Assembly (NCBI GenBank): GCA_964035545.1
Contig: OZ037769.1
Coordinates: 8,723,929 to 8,787,928, forward strand
DNA from: Bugula neritina
Taxonomy: Eukaryota > Animalia > Bryozoa
Reading direction: 5' to 3'
DNA: 64,000 nucleotides
Both the position numbers and the translations under genes were made by a program. The notes below the pieces were generated by a model. The model was not told the origin of the DNA. It searched no databases and saw nothing but the letters and a program-made list of their open reading frames with translations. Positions 1 through 14,688 of this stretch are shown piece by piece; position 1 is the stretch's first letter; each line of letters starts with the position of its first letter.

Positions 1-753
1 ATGATATGTAACCATTTCTTAGAGTTAGTTTACTGGAAAAGTAAAATAATACAATGCAGTATGAGTATGGAGATTAATTATTTTTGGTTAACTGGATAAT
101 ACGTTGATTTAATGTTTTTATAGAGGATTTTGTTCAAGGAAAATGACTGTAGACACTCATCTTTTTAAATTAATACGATTATTAGAAATTTTATTATTTT
201 TCTTTTTCTCCAGCTTCATAGTTATTAATCAATTGTAATTTAACTACTATGTGTTGATTTGTAATGATTTCACTCGCCTTCTTGGTTCATACCTTCTTCC
301 CTTCTTAGTTCATAGTTTCTTACTAAAGTATTATTATAATTATAGTCTAGGACCTAGGTAATAGTAAATAGCTTCTGCTTCTCAACTTGCTTTATTGGTT
401 AGGTGATTTTGCTTGGTAGCTAGCTCAAATCTCGAAATGATGTTATTGCTTTATCAAATATATAAGCAATATTAAAGTTTTTGTTCAAATTTATCATAAA
501 CATGCCTAGAATGTATGTTGTGATCTTTTAAATACTACTATATGGTTATTTTGATCATAAACATTGTATTTGACTATGCTGATAGTATAAAAATTTTATA
601 CATTGCATGGAACCGCTATTTCATTGTGTTTCTCTCATTGAGTCCACTGATGTATTATGCTTTCAGACTTAATTTAGTAAGTAGTTTTGCATTCAGGTGT
701 CCCACCATGCTTCAGTAGAACTGATGTAAAGACAGATAAATCTGTTCTAGAAC

Positions 754-3584
754 ATGGCATCCAACTTTCAGCTAAATCTTCCTGAACAGAAAACACCTAC
801 AAAACTGAGGGAATTATGTAATGAGCTCTTATCTTCACCCCTATCGCTGAAACCAGACAATGAGTCTATGGTATCTATGGTCAATACTGGAGGGGTACAT
901 ATAGCGTCCCTGAGAACTCCTACTAAAGGATTTCCTCCAAAGAATATTGCACCCAAGCATTTAGTTAGTTTGCCTTCTAAAATATATATCAAGGTAAGGC
1001 TTGATTAGTAGGAGTACCAACAAAAATACTTCCAACCAATTTTGTTTCTCTGGGAGTTATCTTCTCTGTAGCAGAAGCTTTTTATGTAAACATATACAGC
1101 TTGCACTACATGTTCTGAAATGCTAAAAATAGCACCCTTTCAGCCATAATTGAGCCTTTATTACACTTACTCACTTGAAAATTTGCACTTCTCTGGTATA
1201 TAAATTGCTCTGTTGCAAAACTTATTCAAGCTGTGGTAGTTTCTAAATTGCCAATAGATGACATTGGCAAAGGTCTGCTGAATAATATGAACATGAAGTT
1301 AGACTCATTCCATCCTGTAAACTGTATACCTATGCGCTGTAAGCATTCAAATCCTATTGGCAGGATATTATTCTCTATGTGAGGCAACTTTTACAATTAA
1401 TTCTCAAAATATTTTATATGTAACTCATAGGAGAAAACGTTCAAACTTATAGACTAAAGTTATAACTACATTAATTTATATTGTAATGTTTTAAAATGTA
1501 GCAGGATGTCGGTTTTTTTCTAGAAGCCTAATATAAATGAGAATTAGAAGCTGCTTTGTTGGAGTCATGGAAAAATAGAATATATAGATATATTTTTTAA
1601 TATAATAGTTTTATATTAAAATTAGCTAATTGATATTTAGTTTTCAACATAATAAATTATTATTGTTTTAAAAATTTCTTTTTTAACTTTCATGCCCCCT
1701 AAAATACATTTTACAGTAACTTTAGGAGTGTTTTATGCAAGTTGTTGGAGTTTTCACCACCACATCATGAGCTGAGATGAAAGTAATAAGAGTTAAATGA
1801 GAAAATAATATATTTTTAGAGCTTTCTGTTGAAAGTCAACTACAACTAAATGTTTAAGTCCAGGGAACTCTGAATTTTAACTGAAGTTGGAGTTTTGTAG
1901 TGACTTCAAGGACTTTACACTAGAGTTTGGAATTGATTATTTCATGTAATTTCATGAGCTATGTCATACAAAGGTGTGACTGTAAGAAAGACCACTAAGT
2001 ATATATCACCATTGAGTTGTCAAATAACTGGCAGATAGCAATTCATCAATGAGTTTTTAATTAAGATGTATGCAGAGTAACTTTAGTAAGCTTTAGTGGA
2101 ACTTGCATGCTTGGCATATACAGTATCTATTGTATTAAAGTAGCATTAAGAGTTTCCAACACTAGAGAAACTATATTCACACTATTTATTTAAAAATGCA
2201 CCTATTTTGGCTTTCAACTGGTTACAAACACACAGTTTCACAGTTTGTTGTCTGCAGTATTGAATACAAAGTAAATAACTTGACCTGTGAAAATAAGTCT
2301 TTCAAACCTAAAGTTTTTAGATTATGGATATTTTCCTTGCTACAACTTGTTATTTTGATGTTGCATACAACTAATTTTAAAAACTGATATGTTATTAAAT
2401 AGGGGTAGTGCATAAATATTATTTATCTTTTAAATGATATAAACTTTTTATTGTCCCAGAAAAAAGCTACCGGTGTTATTCGGGCTATGTAAGTCTATAT
2501 AATTATGTAGGCGTGTTATGTTTCTATCATAGACTTCACCAAGTAAAAGCAAGCCACCTATGGCCTGCGCTAGCCATATGAGAGATCGGGCTGAGACCGC
2601 ACGTTTTAACTATCAATCTGGGGATAGCAACATTAATGGCAGAATACAATATATACGTGTTGTTAATAGCCAAGGTTAGTAATATTACTTATATACATAC
2701 ACAATGAAGTTTTTACTAACACTTTTTTTGAAAATATTCACTATGTATGCAATATTCATATTATATTCAATAATGATATATTACTATGTTTAAATTTAAA
2801 CCATTGCACTGTGATAAACTTAATTAGAGCATATCACCTTCTCGCATGTACTTTAATGCATCTGATTTCTTTGCTATATCCAACAGAAACATGCTGATGC
2901 GTGTCTTTTCTTGCTACATAATTTGTGTGTCAAGCTAAGACAATTAAATTTTGTAGTACAAACTACTCAAAAAAAATTTAAAATCATCACAATGTAGTAA
3001 TGAGCTCGCATTTCACTTGCATCTCAGTATACACAATATATATTTATAATGATAGCGAAAATAAAACCGCTAATATCATTACCATAACTTTTTTCATATT
3101 TATTAATGTTGTTATTGTTAAATAATATCCTATTAATACCATTACTAACAGACTTCAGTACCTTTAGTACCAACTGTGCTGTTCAAGTACTACTGAAGGT
3201 AACTCGCCATGGCTACTGAGCAGTTCTCTATATACAGGAGAGGGTCAGGTGGTGCCAGCCACACAGCATGTCATTCCACCTGCAGGACAATCTGCTCAGA
3301 CAATTCCCAACGGCATTTATAAACATCAGCAACCTTCACAACCCAACTCTCTACACCAAGCTCAACCTCAATATCAGCAGCATGTGATACACTCTCAGGG
3401 GCCACAGGCTTCTCACACAGGAAGTAACAGACAATCTCATGGTAGGTTATTGGCAGTTCTGATAATACTGATAGTAGTAATAGTGGTAGTGGTAATAGTA
3501 GTGGTGGTAGTAGTGGTGGTAGTAGTAGTAGTGGTAGTAGTAGTGGTGGTAGTGGTAGTAGTAGTAATGGTAGTAGTGATGGTG

Positions 3585-3618
<34 letters not shown>

Positions 3619-6291
3619 AAGTTTTCTAGTACTAGTGCAATTGATTATAATTGGTTACCACTAGTAACAGTTGTATTTACAGTAGATAGGCTAACAGGTT
3701 CTATAACCATAATATTTAAGTAGAAATTATACTACTACAGTGTTTTCTAGCATACCCACTGCTTCTAATGGTAATTTATACATTACAGATCTGATTATGC
3801 TAAGTATACATGCTTTAATCTACCTCTTTATACATCTTGCTCTTGAAGCTTTAAGCATGTGTTTAGTTTGGCTAAGTCACCATATTATGGTAAATGGTTA
3901 TTGTCTATGTAACAGCAAAACTCAATCTTAAGGAATCTTGTTGACAAATTTACCATAACCTTATATTCTGAACCACAAAATTCTTGGTTTTACTCTGCTG
4001 ACACATGAAATCATACTTTCACTTCATGCATCATGTTTGCATTGATGTCTAGGAAACACAGCTCAAAGAGTGCTACTACCTGCAGGCAAACCTCAGACTA
4101 TTAGAATATCTGCATCACAGTTGCTGCCAAACACCACTATACTGTCTAATAACAACTCCAATGGACAGATGCTGACTCTGCTACCTTCAAACCAAACGGT
4201 GATGCAAAGGGTATAACCATTTTACTAATATGTACATTTTTAACATAAATTTATTCAACATCAACTATACTCAATATCGTAGACATTATTTGTAATTTTC
4301 AAAAAAAAAGATCTCACTTGAGTTCTATAGACATCGTTTCGGAAATGCAGAATGCTGTCTTTGCCTTCCTTCTCGGTCTATTTCTATCACTTCCGTTACA
4401 ACGCTACTCACATTCGATTGAACTATGAGTACATAATTACGTTACTGAAGGCACCTGTAGTCAAGCAAGTTTACCCTGGAATAGCACAACAGCAGCAGCA
4501 TGTATTGCACACCACAGATGCAGGTCATCATGAGTCTGCTATACTAGAGCCAGCACTGAGCAACTTCCCACCCGCAGGTCACATTGCCACAGCTACACCG
4601 GCAGCACCAGACACCAGCAAACTCAAGAAACCCTGCAATTGCACAAAGTCGCAGTGTCTCAAGCTGTAAGTCGCTGCAGTGTTTTCTATTCATTATTTCT
4701 GTAATTGAAAGAAGTTTGCTTATAGATGGACATAAAATCATTTCAGGTTGCGAATTTAAATTTCTCTTTGGTTTGATTAAAGGATAGCTCAACTTCCTGA
4801 CACTTTATATTAAAAGTAATACCTCCTAAAATTCCTAAAAGTTTCAGCTATCTATGTAATATCATGCAGAAAGCTTTACAAAGACAGAGGTCGTTTAGTT
4901 TACTAAATGAAACACCTCGTCCTGCTAGATTGGAATTTTCCCATGGAGTTAGTGGATATATTTATACATACAGGTACTGTGACTGCTTTGCGAATGGTGA
5001 ATTCTGTTCGAACTGTAATTGTCAAAACTGCTTCAATAACTTGGAGCATGAGGACGAAAGACAGAAGGCCGTCAAGCAGTGTCTGGAAAGGAATCCCCAA
5101 GCTTTTCACCCCAAAATAGGTGCACATCTTTCGGTTGCTTGCTTTAATGTTATTATGTGATTTGTTGTCCAAACCTTGTTTTTCACTTATTCGTCATATT
5201 CAAGAACTAGTATGTACAATATGCACTCAACAATACATTGAATATGTTTATTGCATACAAGCATTAGTGATTCATTAAATCTTACTGCATAAACGGTATA
5301 TGCAAATACTTCTTTTAACTTGTAAAATGAGCTACATTAGCTTTCTCCTCTTTTTATCACAAAAAGGGGCTCGAAGCTGTTTGCTAAACTTATAGGCCTT
5401 TTATTAAGAGTAGCATTAATAGCTTGACGGTTTTTGTCCAAATTATATAACAATATATATATGTTATATGAATTCTTACACGTTGAAGGTAAAGGAGCCA
5501 AAGCTGATGCGCGGCGACATCAGAAAGGATGCAACTGTAAGAGATCTGGGTGCCTGAAAAATTACTGCGAGTGCTACGAGGTTGGTATGCTATGCCATCA
5601 AGGAGAGTGTGTGTAACTTGTGTGTGCGTGTTTTTGTGTTTGTAAATTGTAATTGGTCAATTCTAGTGATGTTGAACTTGTTTAAAACGTAAAATTGTCT
5701 GTAAAACAACCAGTGTTGCAATACAGTACTACACAATACAGTACAGATAATTTTTTCTTCTATCTAGTTTTACCAATAAAAATTATTAGGAGAAATATGC
5801 ATTGTATATTTTGTGTCTTTAGGCCAAAATCCCTTGTGGTAGTATTTGCAAGTGTGTTGGATGTAAAAATAGTGAAGGGATAGATGGACACCGGAGCCTG
5901 ATGAGCTTAGCTGATGCCGCTGACTTGAGACATTCTCAATTGAACACAGCTAGCAACAAGTATCTGTATGAACAGAAGTCGAGGACCCCATTGTCATTGT
6001 ATGTTCTTACTTACCTTTTGACTTGCATGCTGCACACATTCCTTTGCTGGTATAACATTTATAAATCTTGTTGAAATGTTTTGAATGAGATGAGAAAATT
6101 TTTCTCGCCGTAGATCACCCCACCACTTTCTCAAGAAATGCACCATTGAAGCCATAGCAAATTGCCTCATATTGCAATGTAAAGAAGCTGAGACTGCTAA
6201 ATGCAATGATAGTACTACAGAGAAAGTGATACTGGAGGAGTTTGGAAGGTGCCTCAGTGAACTTATACATGTCAGCAGCTCCATGAAATGA
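754..6291 (+). CDS. LIN54: LIN-54 (tesmin/TSO1 CRC-domain subunit of MuvB/DREAM), multi-exon
   Basis: GT-AG exons at about 754-992, 2531-2674, 3239-3442, 4053-4210, 4451-4665, 4974-5119, 5489-5580, 5823-5959, 6114-6291. They give two CXC motifs, [13 protein letters not shown]|[19 protein letters not shown] and [19 protein letters not shown]|AKIPC, the linker [14 protein letters not shown] and the C-terminus [15 protein letters not shown] at 6289-6291. The 5' exons are less certain. Confidence 0.93.
3470..3620. repeat. (GTA/GTG)n trinucleotide microsatellite in a lin-54 intron
   Basis: Direct reading; it produces the spurious poly-Val tail of ORF 3249-3629, downstream of the GT donor near 3443. 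Confidence 0.95.
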
Positions 6292-7420
6292 TCCACCAAA
6301 GAGATTTGCTTATTGCAGTTGCATACTCATTGAAGCTATTCATGACCCGACTGTTTAATGGTTTCCCTCCCCAAATGATCTCCATGTGCACAATTTACCC
6401 GACAACCTCTATTTACACACATAAAAGACAATCCCAACAGGTTTTCACCTTTGTATTTAATGGTTGTATATAGTTTCCACTAATTTTTAAAGTAAATTAT
6501 TTATTAGCACACATGTAGAGTGTATTTTAAATTCCACCCCAGATTATATTGTGATTGTAGTTAATACTAGTACACATGTTATGCATATGATATACGGCGT
6601 GTCCCATTCTCTGTGATATTTAGACTTTTACATGAGTTGTTTTAGAATTTGTGATATTTTGTTTGCAATGTATGTTATAAACAGAGTAGTCCTATTATAG
6701 TGTTTGTAGATGTTATAAAATCTCATGTCATGCACAAATGGCATCTGGTGGCATTTGTTGCATGTTCAGCTGTGAAAATATATGTGTAATATCTAATCAG
6801 GTTTCTTTTCTTTTGCTATATGCCAAATTACTGCACTGATCTTGAACTACTGTAGATATTATTATAGCAGATTTTTACATATGCATTCTCGTTGCTCTGC
6901 TTGCTAATTGAAATTGAATGCCATATCATGCTATAATTGCTACTTCGCCACAATAGAAACAAATTCTTAGCACAATCAAAAAACCGGTCCATAGGATGAA
7001 GCTGATAAACATATTCAAGAGTTAACCATGGTTGCAATGAAGATGTGCTAATATTTAATTTATTGGGAGCTATTTTAGACTGCTGTGTAGTGGTCAGTTA
7101 AGTTTGAGAACTAATAAAATGGTTTTCAACTCGTAACACTGTTTTTCAAAATAATTTGTACATGATGTTGCTATGTCTCAATTTATTGTGGTAAAATAAA
7201 TTTATAATGTAGAAAGCTATGAAAATAGTGAGTATATTTACAAGTAATGGAATATGTTTATGAACACCATATTGGTGGTTATTATAAGCCAATTTAGTTA
7301 GATTATAATGAAACAAACAAACATATGCTTGAATAAAATCCATATTCTCCATATAAAAATAACCTTATGTGAGCCTTCAAATAAGAAAACTTAAACCATA
7401 TCATTGCTATAGCAAGAATC

Positions 7421-10400
7421 CTAGCCTAATCTCTCATCAGACTTTGAAAGCCTTTCCAGCTGTTTCGACTTGAATCTAAGCAAGGCAGCATACTTCCGGT
7501 TCATTTCTCCAACATCCTTTTGCATTTGACTTGATTCTTTCTGAAGGAGTGCAATATCTTTTTCAAGAGCTTTCTTTTCATTTTCCAAAATGTCTTTTTG
7601 AGATAATCGTTTTTCTCGACAATTGGCAGCATAACCACGGTTCTTCAACGTTCTTCTTCGTTGCTTTAGATTTAAGACCTGCTCCTTGTTCTTCCCTTTC
7701 AGCAGCTTATTTAGATCTTTCACAGATAATCCAATCAACTCCTCATCAGAAATAAACATGTTGGACATCACATCAACATCCTACAATGTAATGCTTATAA
7801 TATATCATATATGAGACACACTGATCCAGGTTCAACTAGTAACTGGTAACAAAAAGCATAACTGCTAATCTGAAAATTTAAAAGGAATTTCGCAACTCAA
7901 CATGTCTTCTGCCAGCATAATATTAACTAACTTATCAATGATTATTACATCCATACTGGGTACATGAGCTTATTATGTATTTCTAACAGGCTTTGACATT
8001 AAGTAACTAAGTGAGTGATTTCATGAGTGTTTTATTCGACTTACAATATAAATGTTGTGACAATATGAAATTGAAGCTTAAAAGCATCAATATAGGAAGC
8101 ACAGAGCCAATAACATATAAGTCAGACTTTTAATATTGTACATGAATAATTATAAATGTTAAACAACAGTTGCAAAATTAAGCTGCTTAGTTTGAAAATT
8201 TTCATTAGCCTAAATGCTTTCGATAACCATGTAGAATTTGGTAGAAGATTCAATTTTTATTTTCTAAGTCCAAAAACAAAAATACCACTATTCTAGCTGT
8301 AGAACTAGTATTCTATATCTATATAATAATAACAATATCGATAATGAGTATGACAGAATGAGATATTCTTATTAGTAATGATAATGTCTCCTACAAGACC
8401 TGGACTAGTATAGGCCTGACTTCCTAATCTTATCAATAGTAGAGTAATACTCATACCACAAGGCACGATGTCAAGGCCAAATATATCCATAAACTACAAA
8501 GTATATCACTATAGCCACATATATGCAAGAACAGGTTATGAGAATAGCCATAGGTACAACCCTAAGAATGAATTAAACTTACTAACTTTCCCTACTAGTA
8601 TGACTATGACTATGAGTATGACCACCATAATGACTTTGACCGAACTAGAACTTTTATTTTTATACTTTTATTTTAGTTATACAACTTATAAGTTATTGAG
8701 TAATAGTTATGGTGAGGTGTAAAAATAAAAGTGCTTTGAGTTTAAATTCAACTGATAATCATAATGAAAACAATATAGGCCAGTTTAACCTTATTTCATG
8801 CACTTTTACTTACAGTCAATGTTGTTGTTAGAAACTGAGTATTACACTTACAGTTAACCACTAGTTACTTTTAGTGCTACTGTTGGTCACTTAATGAGTA
8901 CTGACTACTTTACTCCACCAGTAGCATCAGCAACTAAATAATTTAGTTACTTACAAGTGTTGCTAATTGCTGTTACTGTTAGTGTTACTATTGGTGTAAT
9001 ACTTACTCAATGTCATTGATTAGGAAACTATTATTACTGTGACAGGTTACGAGAATTGATATTATCAGTTTGAGTCAAGTTTAAACGTAATGGTGATGTT
9101 AGTGTTACAGTTAATGTTATGAGTAAATCAACAATACTAAAAGTAAATCTAATATTAATAGTAATACTAATGCCTAAAGTAAAAGTTGATAATAGTATAT
9201 CACCATAGGTATATACTATATACAAATACTTATAGTGATAATGATATACTATGGTTTTAGTATAATAATAATTAATATATCAAATATTAATACAGTTATA
9301 CTTACAGTTATAATACTTACACAAACTTACTCGAAGTGATCATCACACTAGACCACCCTAGAGGGAGGAAGGGGTGTGCCGCATATGGGTAATATGTTCG
9401 ACAGTCATTGGTCAATAGTCACACGGTTAATACTGGTTGGGCTGTATTGACTGAACAGGAACTCAACCCTGTCTATGTGGAGATCTTTGAATTATTTCTT
9501 TAATTGTGACCAATTTTCAGATTTCCAATAGTCCTTGGGAGAAAACTGTTCAGATATTTGGTACTGCTAGCCCCCACTAATCAGGGCTGGGAGCGAGTGT
9601 GTATAGTGCCGTTTATTGGTTTGTTCAGCAGGTTATTATAGGTAAAGATGAGAGCCAGATGTTGTTTTTTGTCAGAATCTTTATATATAAGGAAAAACAA
9701 TACGTCTGGTTTTCCTTCTTTGTTCAAGGGGCTGTAGGCAGAGTTTCTCCATGGCACTTTTGACATCTTCTCGGCCTTTAATATTGGCTATGAATCAGAC
9801 TGCATTTATTTGTATCTTTTTTAAGCCAGAAATATCCTTCTTGCAGGTTGGGTCCCAAGATGCGCTGGCATACTCAAGGTGTGGTAGACACAATGTTTTG
9901 TATGCAATCAACCGTGCTTGTTCAGGGGCCCAGTAGAGAGCTCTTTTAATCATACCCAATTGTCTTCTAGCATTTAGTATTTTATTTGATATGTTTGTTG
10001 AACCTGCCATCTGATTCAGGGTGAAACCCAAGTATTTTGTAGTCTACATAATGTAACACTGATCCATTCAATGTGTAATTGGGAATATCTCCTACAGAGT
10101 TAAAACTTATTAATTTGCTTTTAATGGTGTTAAATGACATACTCCCCTTATCTAACCACGAACCAAAAAAAATCTAGATTTCTCTGGAACCTGCTGCAGT
10201 CACTATCTATCCTAGTAGACAAAGGTGTCATCAGCAAACAAGGCACATGTGCAATCATAACAGCCAGGTAAGTAGGTCATTAATAAAAATAAGGAATAGT
10301 ACTGGCCCTAAATCCAATCCTTGTGGCACACCTAAGGTAACTGGTAATGGATCCGAGGTGTGATCTTGCAAAACCACTCTCTGTGTACGATTGGTTAAGA

Positions 10401-11114
10401 AAGTATTTTTCCAGTGTAGGATGTATTCATTCAAATGCACAATTTCTGAAAGCTTTTTTATTAGAAAGGAAGGAGGCACTCCATCAAATGCTTTAGTGAA
10501 GTCCAAAACAGTTGCATGGACAATTTGGTGTATATCTGTAGAATGAAGTATATCGTGCATGGTTGCACAGATTTGTGTTTCACAAGAGAGGCTTTTTCTA
10601 AACCCATGCTACCTACTGTTTAGCTTAGTGTCAAGTTTTTCCATCAGCAAGTTTCTCAATACCAAATGCCTCAACATCTTACAACTACAAGGAATAGTTG
10701 TCCGTGAAATGGGTTGATAGTTGTACTTGTTGTTGTAGTACTAGTAATACTAATAGACTAATGCTAACACTAAGTCTAATAGTTATAGACAATATGAATA
10801 TGAATATCAATATGAATAATAAAACTAAAACTACACGTAATACTTTACTGAGTCTGATAGTAATAATAACATTAACTCAGAAATCAGAATGATTTGAATA
10901 ATAATTGAATAATACCAATGGCAATAGACATAGTGACAGTAATAGACTAATACTAATACTAATAGTAATATAATTGATTCAGTTTGAGACTTAAGTTAGA
11001 CTTAGAGTTAGTGTTACTCATACTGATACTGTTACTGTTAGTGTTAGTAACTGTAAGTCTGTTACTGTTACCCACCATTTCAGCTTTTATTCTCTTCTTA
11101 TTTTTTGCTGCCAT
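7421..11114 (-). CDS. Small Maf bZIP transcription factor (MafK/G/F-like), 2 coding exons
   Basis: Exon 2 (7780-7421) encodes [15 protein letters not shown]...[21 protein letters not shown] plus a leucine zipper, the Maf extended homology and basic region. Candidate exon 1 (11114-11076, [13 protein letters not shown], phase-0 GT) joins the AG at 7781-7782 in frame. No acidic activation domain, so small Maf. Confidence 0.9.
9340..10690 (-). mobile_element. 5'-truncated, degraded non-LTR retrotransposon (CR1/L2-group LINE) RT and 3' end, in the Maf intron
   Basis: Fragments [43 protein letters not shown] and [17 protein letters not shown] with stops and frameshifts; 3' tail similar to the copy ending near 40950. 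Confidence 0.9.
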
Positions 11115-12824
11115 TAATTAAAATTGAGAACAGGAAAAGCCGTAAATCATAAATGTTAAAACTACAAGCAATTGATTGTGATAGTTATTGCCTACAGTTT
11201 TCAGAATGAAGCATGAGACCCTAGTGATATTATTATCAATATGAATATGATTGTACTTCTACGTTACGTTCTACAAGTTTATTGCTGTAGTCGTAAATTC
11301 AATACGCAATCAACAACTTGTCTAGTAATTTAGACCTAGTTTTGAATGAGGTATTTCCTCGTGATTATTCTTATTCACTACTAACAAAAAATTATACAGA
11401 AGAACTAAATTCGAGGAAGACAGGCTTTAGTAGCTTAGCAGTGTCACGTTTATTTATATCTTCTATGGTACGAGTTAGAAAATTCCGATTGATGATGAAA
11501 GAATTTAATCGACTGCAGTTACACAACTACGATTACAGTGATCTGAAAGCTACATACTTTACAATTTACATTAGTAACTAGGAGAAGCAATGAGCATTGG
11601 AGTTGCCTTTTCCAGGACATCGTTGCACTGGCTTTTGTTAGGAGTATTCCCCTCAATCTGAGTGTAATAATATAAAAAATGAGTTCACAGATTGTCTACG
11701 ACTTGTTTTACAGATAGAATCTTTGAAATACGACAGTAGATAGAACAAAGAATACGTATAGGCTATGAGCCTGAAATGTTTCTGAGAGCATTGGTTGCAA
11801 GTTTTTGTTTTGGCAGAGCTGATAGAGATGCATGACGTTACTCAACCGTCAACACCACAAACTGGGAATTTATGATATACATAGGCTCTAGAACTTTTTT
11901 ATATTTCTGTAAACTCAGTATTCTTACTAAAAAAGCTTATATAGGTCTAGGATGCTTGTTAGAATGTCTAAAAGGGTTGGCCAAGGTGAGGGTTAGTTTA
12001 AAAGTTTTTTCAGCTAACTTTACAATTTAAAACCCGCATCATTTGCATTATGGACGACTCAAAAGTTGTTGGACATACACACAGGTTCTGCTATGACTCA
12101 ATGCATAAAAGATCTTCATATCTGTAATGATCATATATATGGCTCTATCTGGGATCTGATTAACAGAATGAACAATCTTGAGTTGTTGCTTCTTGCTCAG
12201 CTTATATTATTATTTCAAAGTGCTTAAATTACATAAATCTAATTATATTCTCTATATATAATTATTTTTAATCTCATGAATGATTATATAACAGCCTATG
12301 CATACATTTGTAAAGGTTTTACCATTTTCATACGTTAATTGTGCTTAAATATATGTGCAGTGTTGAGTTTTTTTCATTAAAAATAATATGTTATACAATG
12401 TTTTTGGAAGTACATACTTGAGTTATAATTCAACCTTTCACGCTGATCTGCAAAAGTGCTACCTCTGCACCCCTCCTTACAGATAAAGAAACTCTGACAA
12501 AAAAACTGTAAATACTGTAATTGTATGATCTCTATTGTTACATAAATTTTCTACTGCAAACTTCTTCTGCATAAACATTACTTACAAAAGATGATATGTA
12601 GGAGACTACAACAAATGGGGCATCCATAGAAATCACTTTACTGATTTGATTGAGTTTAGAGGATTGCAATAAAAAGCAAAAAACAACGCTAATTTTTATG
12701 TAATGCAAAAAAATATTCATAATTTATAACGTAATTATTGATTATTATAAATGCAGAAAATAATGTTCTACGTAAATTCCTGGTGGTAATAAAAGCTTGC
12801 ACTATTCCAACTGTTCTTAGGAAA

Positions 12825-12870
12825 ACAACCAATCACATGTGTCAATAACATTAGCCAATCAGATCTGGAA
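12825..12870 (+). promoter_or_regulatory. Tandem CCAAT boxes, probable TAF3 promoter (divergent from Maf)
   Basis: CCAATCAC near 12829 and AGCCAATCAG near 12854, about 27 bp apart and followed by a periodic tract. TSS not demonstrated. Confidence 0.4.
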
Positions 12871-13734
12871 TAAATGGGCCGTACATCAACGATTATAGTA
12901 TTTGATTTTATAAAATTTCCAAATCCGCTCGAAAAAGATAGTTTACACTGCGGCTATGGTCTATCACAATGACAATGACAATGAGTGTGACTATCACTAT
13001 AAGTTACTAATGATAATCATTGCAGTAAATAGCAAACTCTGAAGTTGTTATTGCTCATACTGATTAAATAAAATAAATTTTGAAATAGTGAAATGGTCAA
13101 GCCCAAGGTATAATCACTCTCAATCTCATTCTCAAAGTTTTAGTTTGTTGACTGATGACTCATCTATTGTCTTATAGTTATACTTATACTAATAACTTAC
13201 ACTTATAGTTATAGTTATAGGCTTATTGGCTATTGCTAAAACTCAACTATTCTAAAAGTAAAAGTAAAACTTTTAGTTTTAGCTTAGGTTTTTTACTTTT
13301 ACTTTACAGATCTTAGATTTAAACAAGTTGAAGTTTAGGTTTTAGCTTTAAGTTTAAGTTTACCTAAAACTTAAGCTAGCACAAGTTTATGTTTTGCCTA
13401 AAAGTAAAAGTTTAACTAATACAGTAGTTGTAAATTAGTAATATTAATTCTAAAAATAAAACTAAAAGTTAAAGTAAAACTGTAAGTGTAGCTTCAACTT
13501 GTAGTTGTGAAACTAAGACTAAGAGTAAATCGAAATGTAAGTTCAACACTTTAAGTTCACTGTTGTACTTGTAGCACTATGTCTATAACTATAGTAGTGA
13601 TTATAAGTATAAGTATACCTATCACTTAGAGTTACTGTTAGCAACTATGATTATAACTTATATAAGTAATAGACAATCACTATATATATAGTAATAGTAC
13701 TACTCAAATAGTAAAATATTTCAGTTTTCAATTG

Positions 13735-14460
13735 TACGAAGGCGATTCGAAAAGTGAAGGTGATTTTTTTTACCGTAAGTCGAGCTGTAATCGATTTAGA
13801 AACACATATCTGTCACCTCGGTACTATCTTCTTGATTTCTTTAGGATTAACATACAATTCAGTAGATTGACTGAGTAAAAAGTCACTCACAGTAGTTTTG
13901 ATTGTGTCATGAGTCTCCATGTAAATAGATATTTCTAGTGTTGAAATTTAAAGCACTAGAAGGTGCAAGAACAAAGCTGTAAAGTGAAAGTGGATGCTTT
14001 AATAGTCTCCAACCTAGTTTGTTTATGGTCTCAATGGTCTGAGTAGCAGAGCGTAACCTTGCAGTGTCTTGTTGTATAGCTACACCACGAGATTGCATGC
14101 TTATTCTCTTCTTAATATATTTCTAAACTTAGATGGGATGCACTGTTCCAATGGAAATGTCCATTAATTTAGCAATTTTCTTCCATGCTGTTACTCTCCT
14201 GACTGCCCTGACAAAAGTTTCTACAGTCTCCTAATTGACTTTTGGCCTCTCTAGATTGTTCCTTCCTTAAAACTGTTAGCTCATTTGAAAACTCTGTTTT
14301 GGTTTAAACAACTGTCACCATACTGAGCTTTCATTCTCTTATAAATTTCACTTTGGTCTGATTCCCTCACTTAACAAAAAGTTTATCACAGATCTCTGTT
14401 CAACATGTTAGCCAATTCCTAAAAGAGCTGCCATATTGATACATTTCAAAAATAAGTATT
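13735..14460 (-). mobile_element. Degraded mariner (Tc1/mariner) transposon
   Basis: Mariner-like terminus TACGAAGGCGATTCGAAAAGT at 13735. Minus-strand remnant QQDTARLRSA..LGWRLLKHP..YSFVLAPS resembles HDNARPH...LGWEVLPHPPYSPDLAPS. Confidence 0.82.
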
Positions 14461-14688
14461 GCCTCAAAACTAAGTTAGTATAAAGCTAAGTAATACTGTT
14501 GCTATTAGTGTAAGTATTAGTAATACTTTTAGTGATTTGCTGTCAGTATTAGTGTAATTATAATGTTAATGCTACTGTCACTATAACTATAAATATATCT
14601 CATTTATAACTATAGCTTATAAGTACTAGTATAATTATTTGTATAACCATAACTATTTGTGTTTAGACTTAATAGTACTAATTAAATA

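Noticed and set aside
3249-3629. ORF with a long poly-Val, TM-like tail
   Set aside because: A lin-54 exon read through its splice donor into a GTA/GTG microsatellite.
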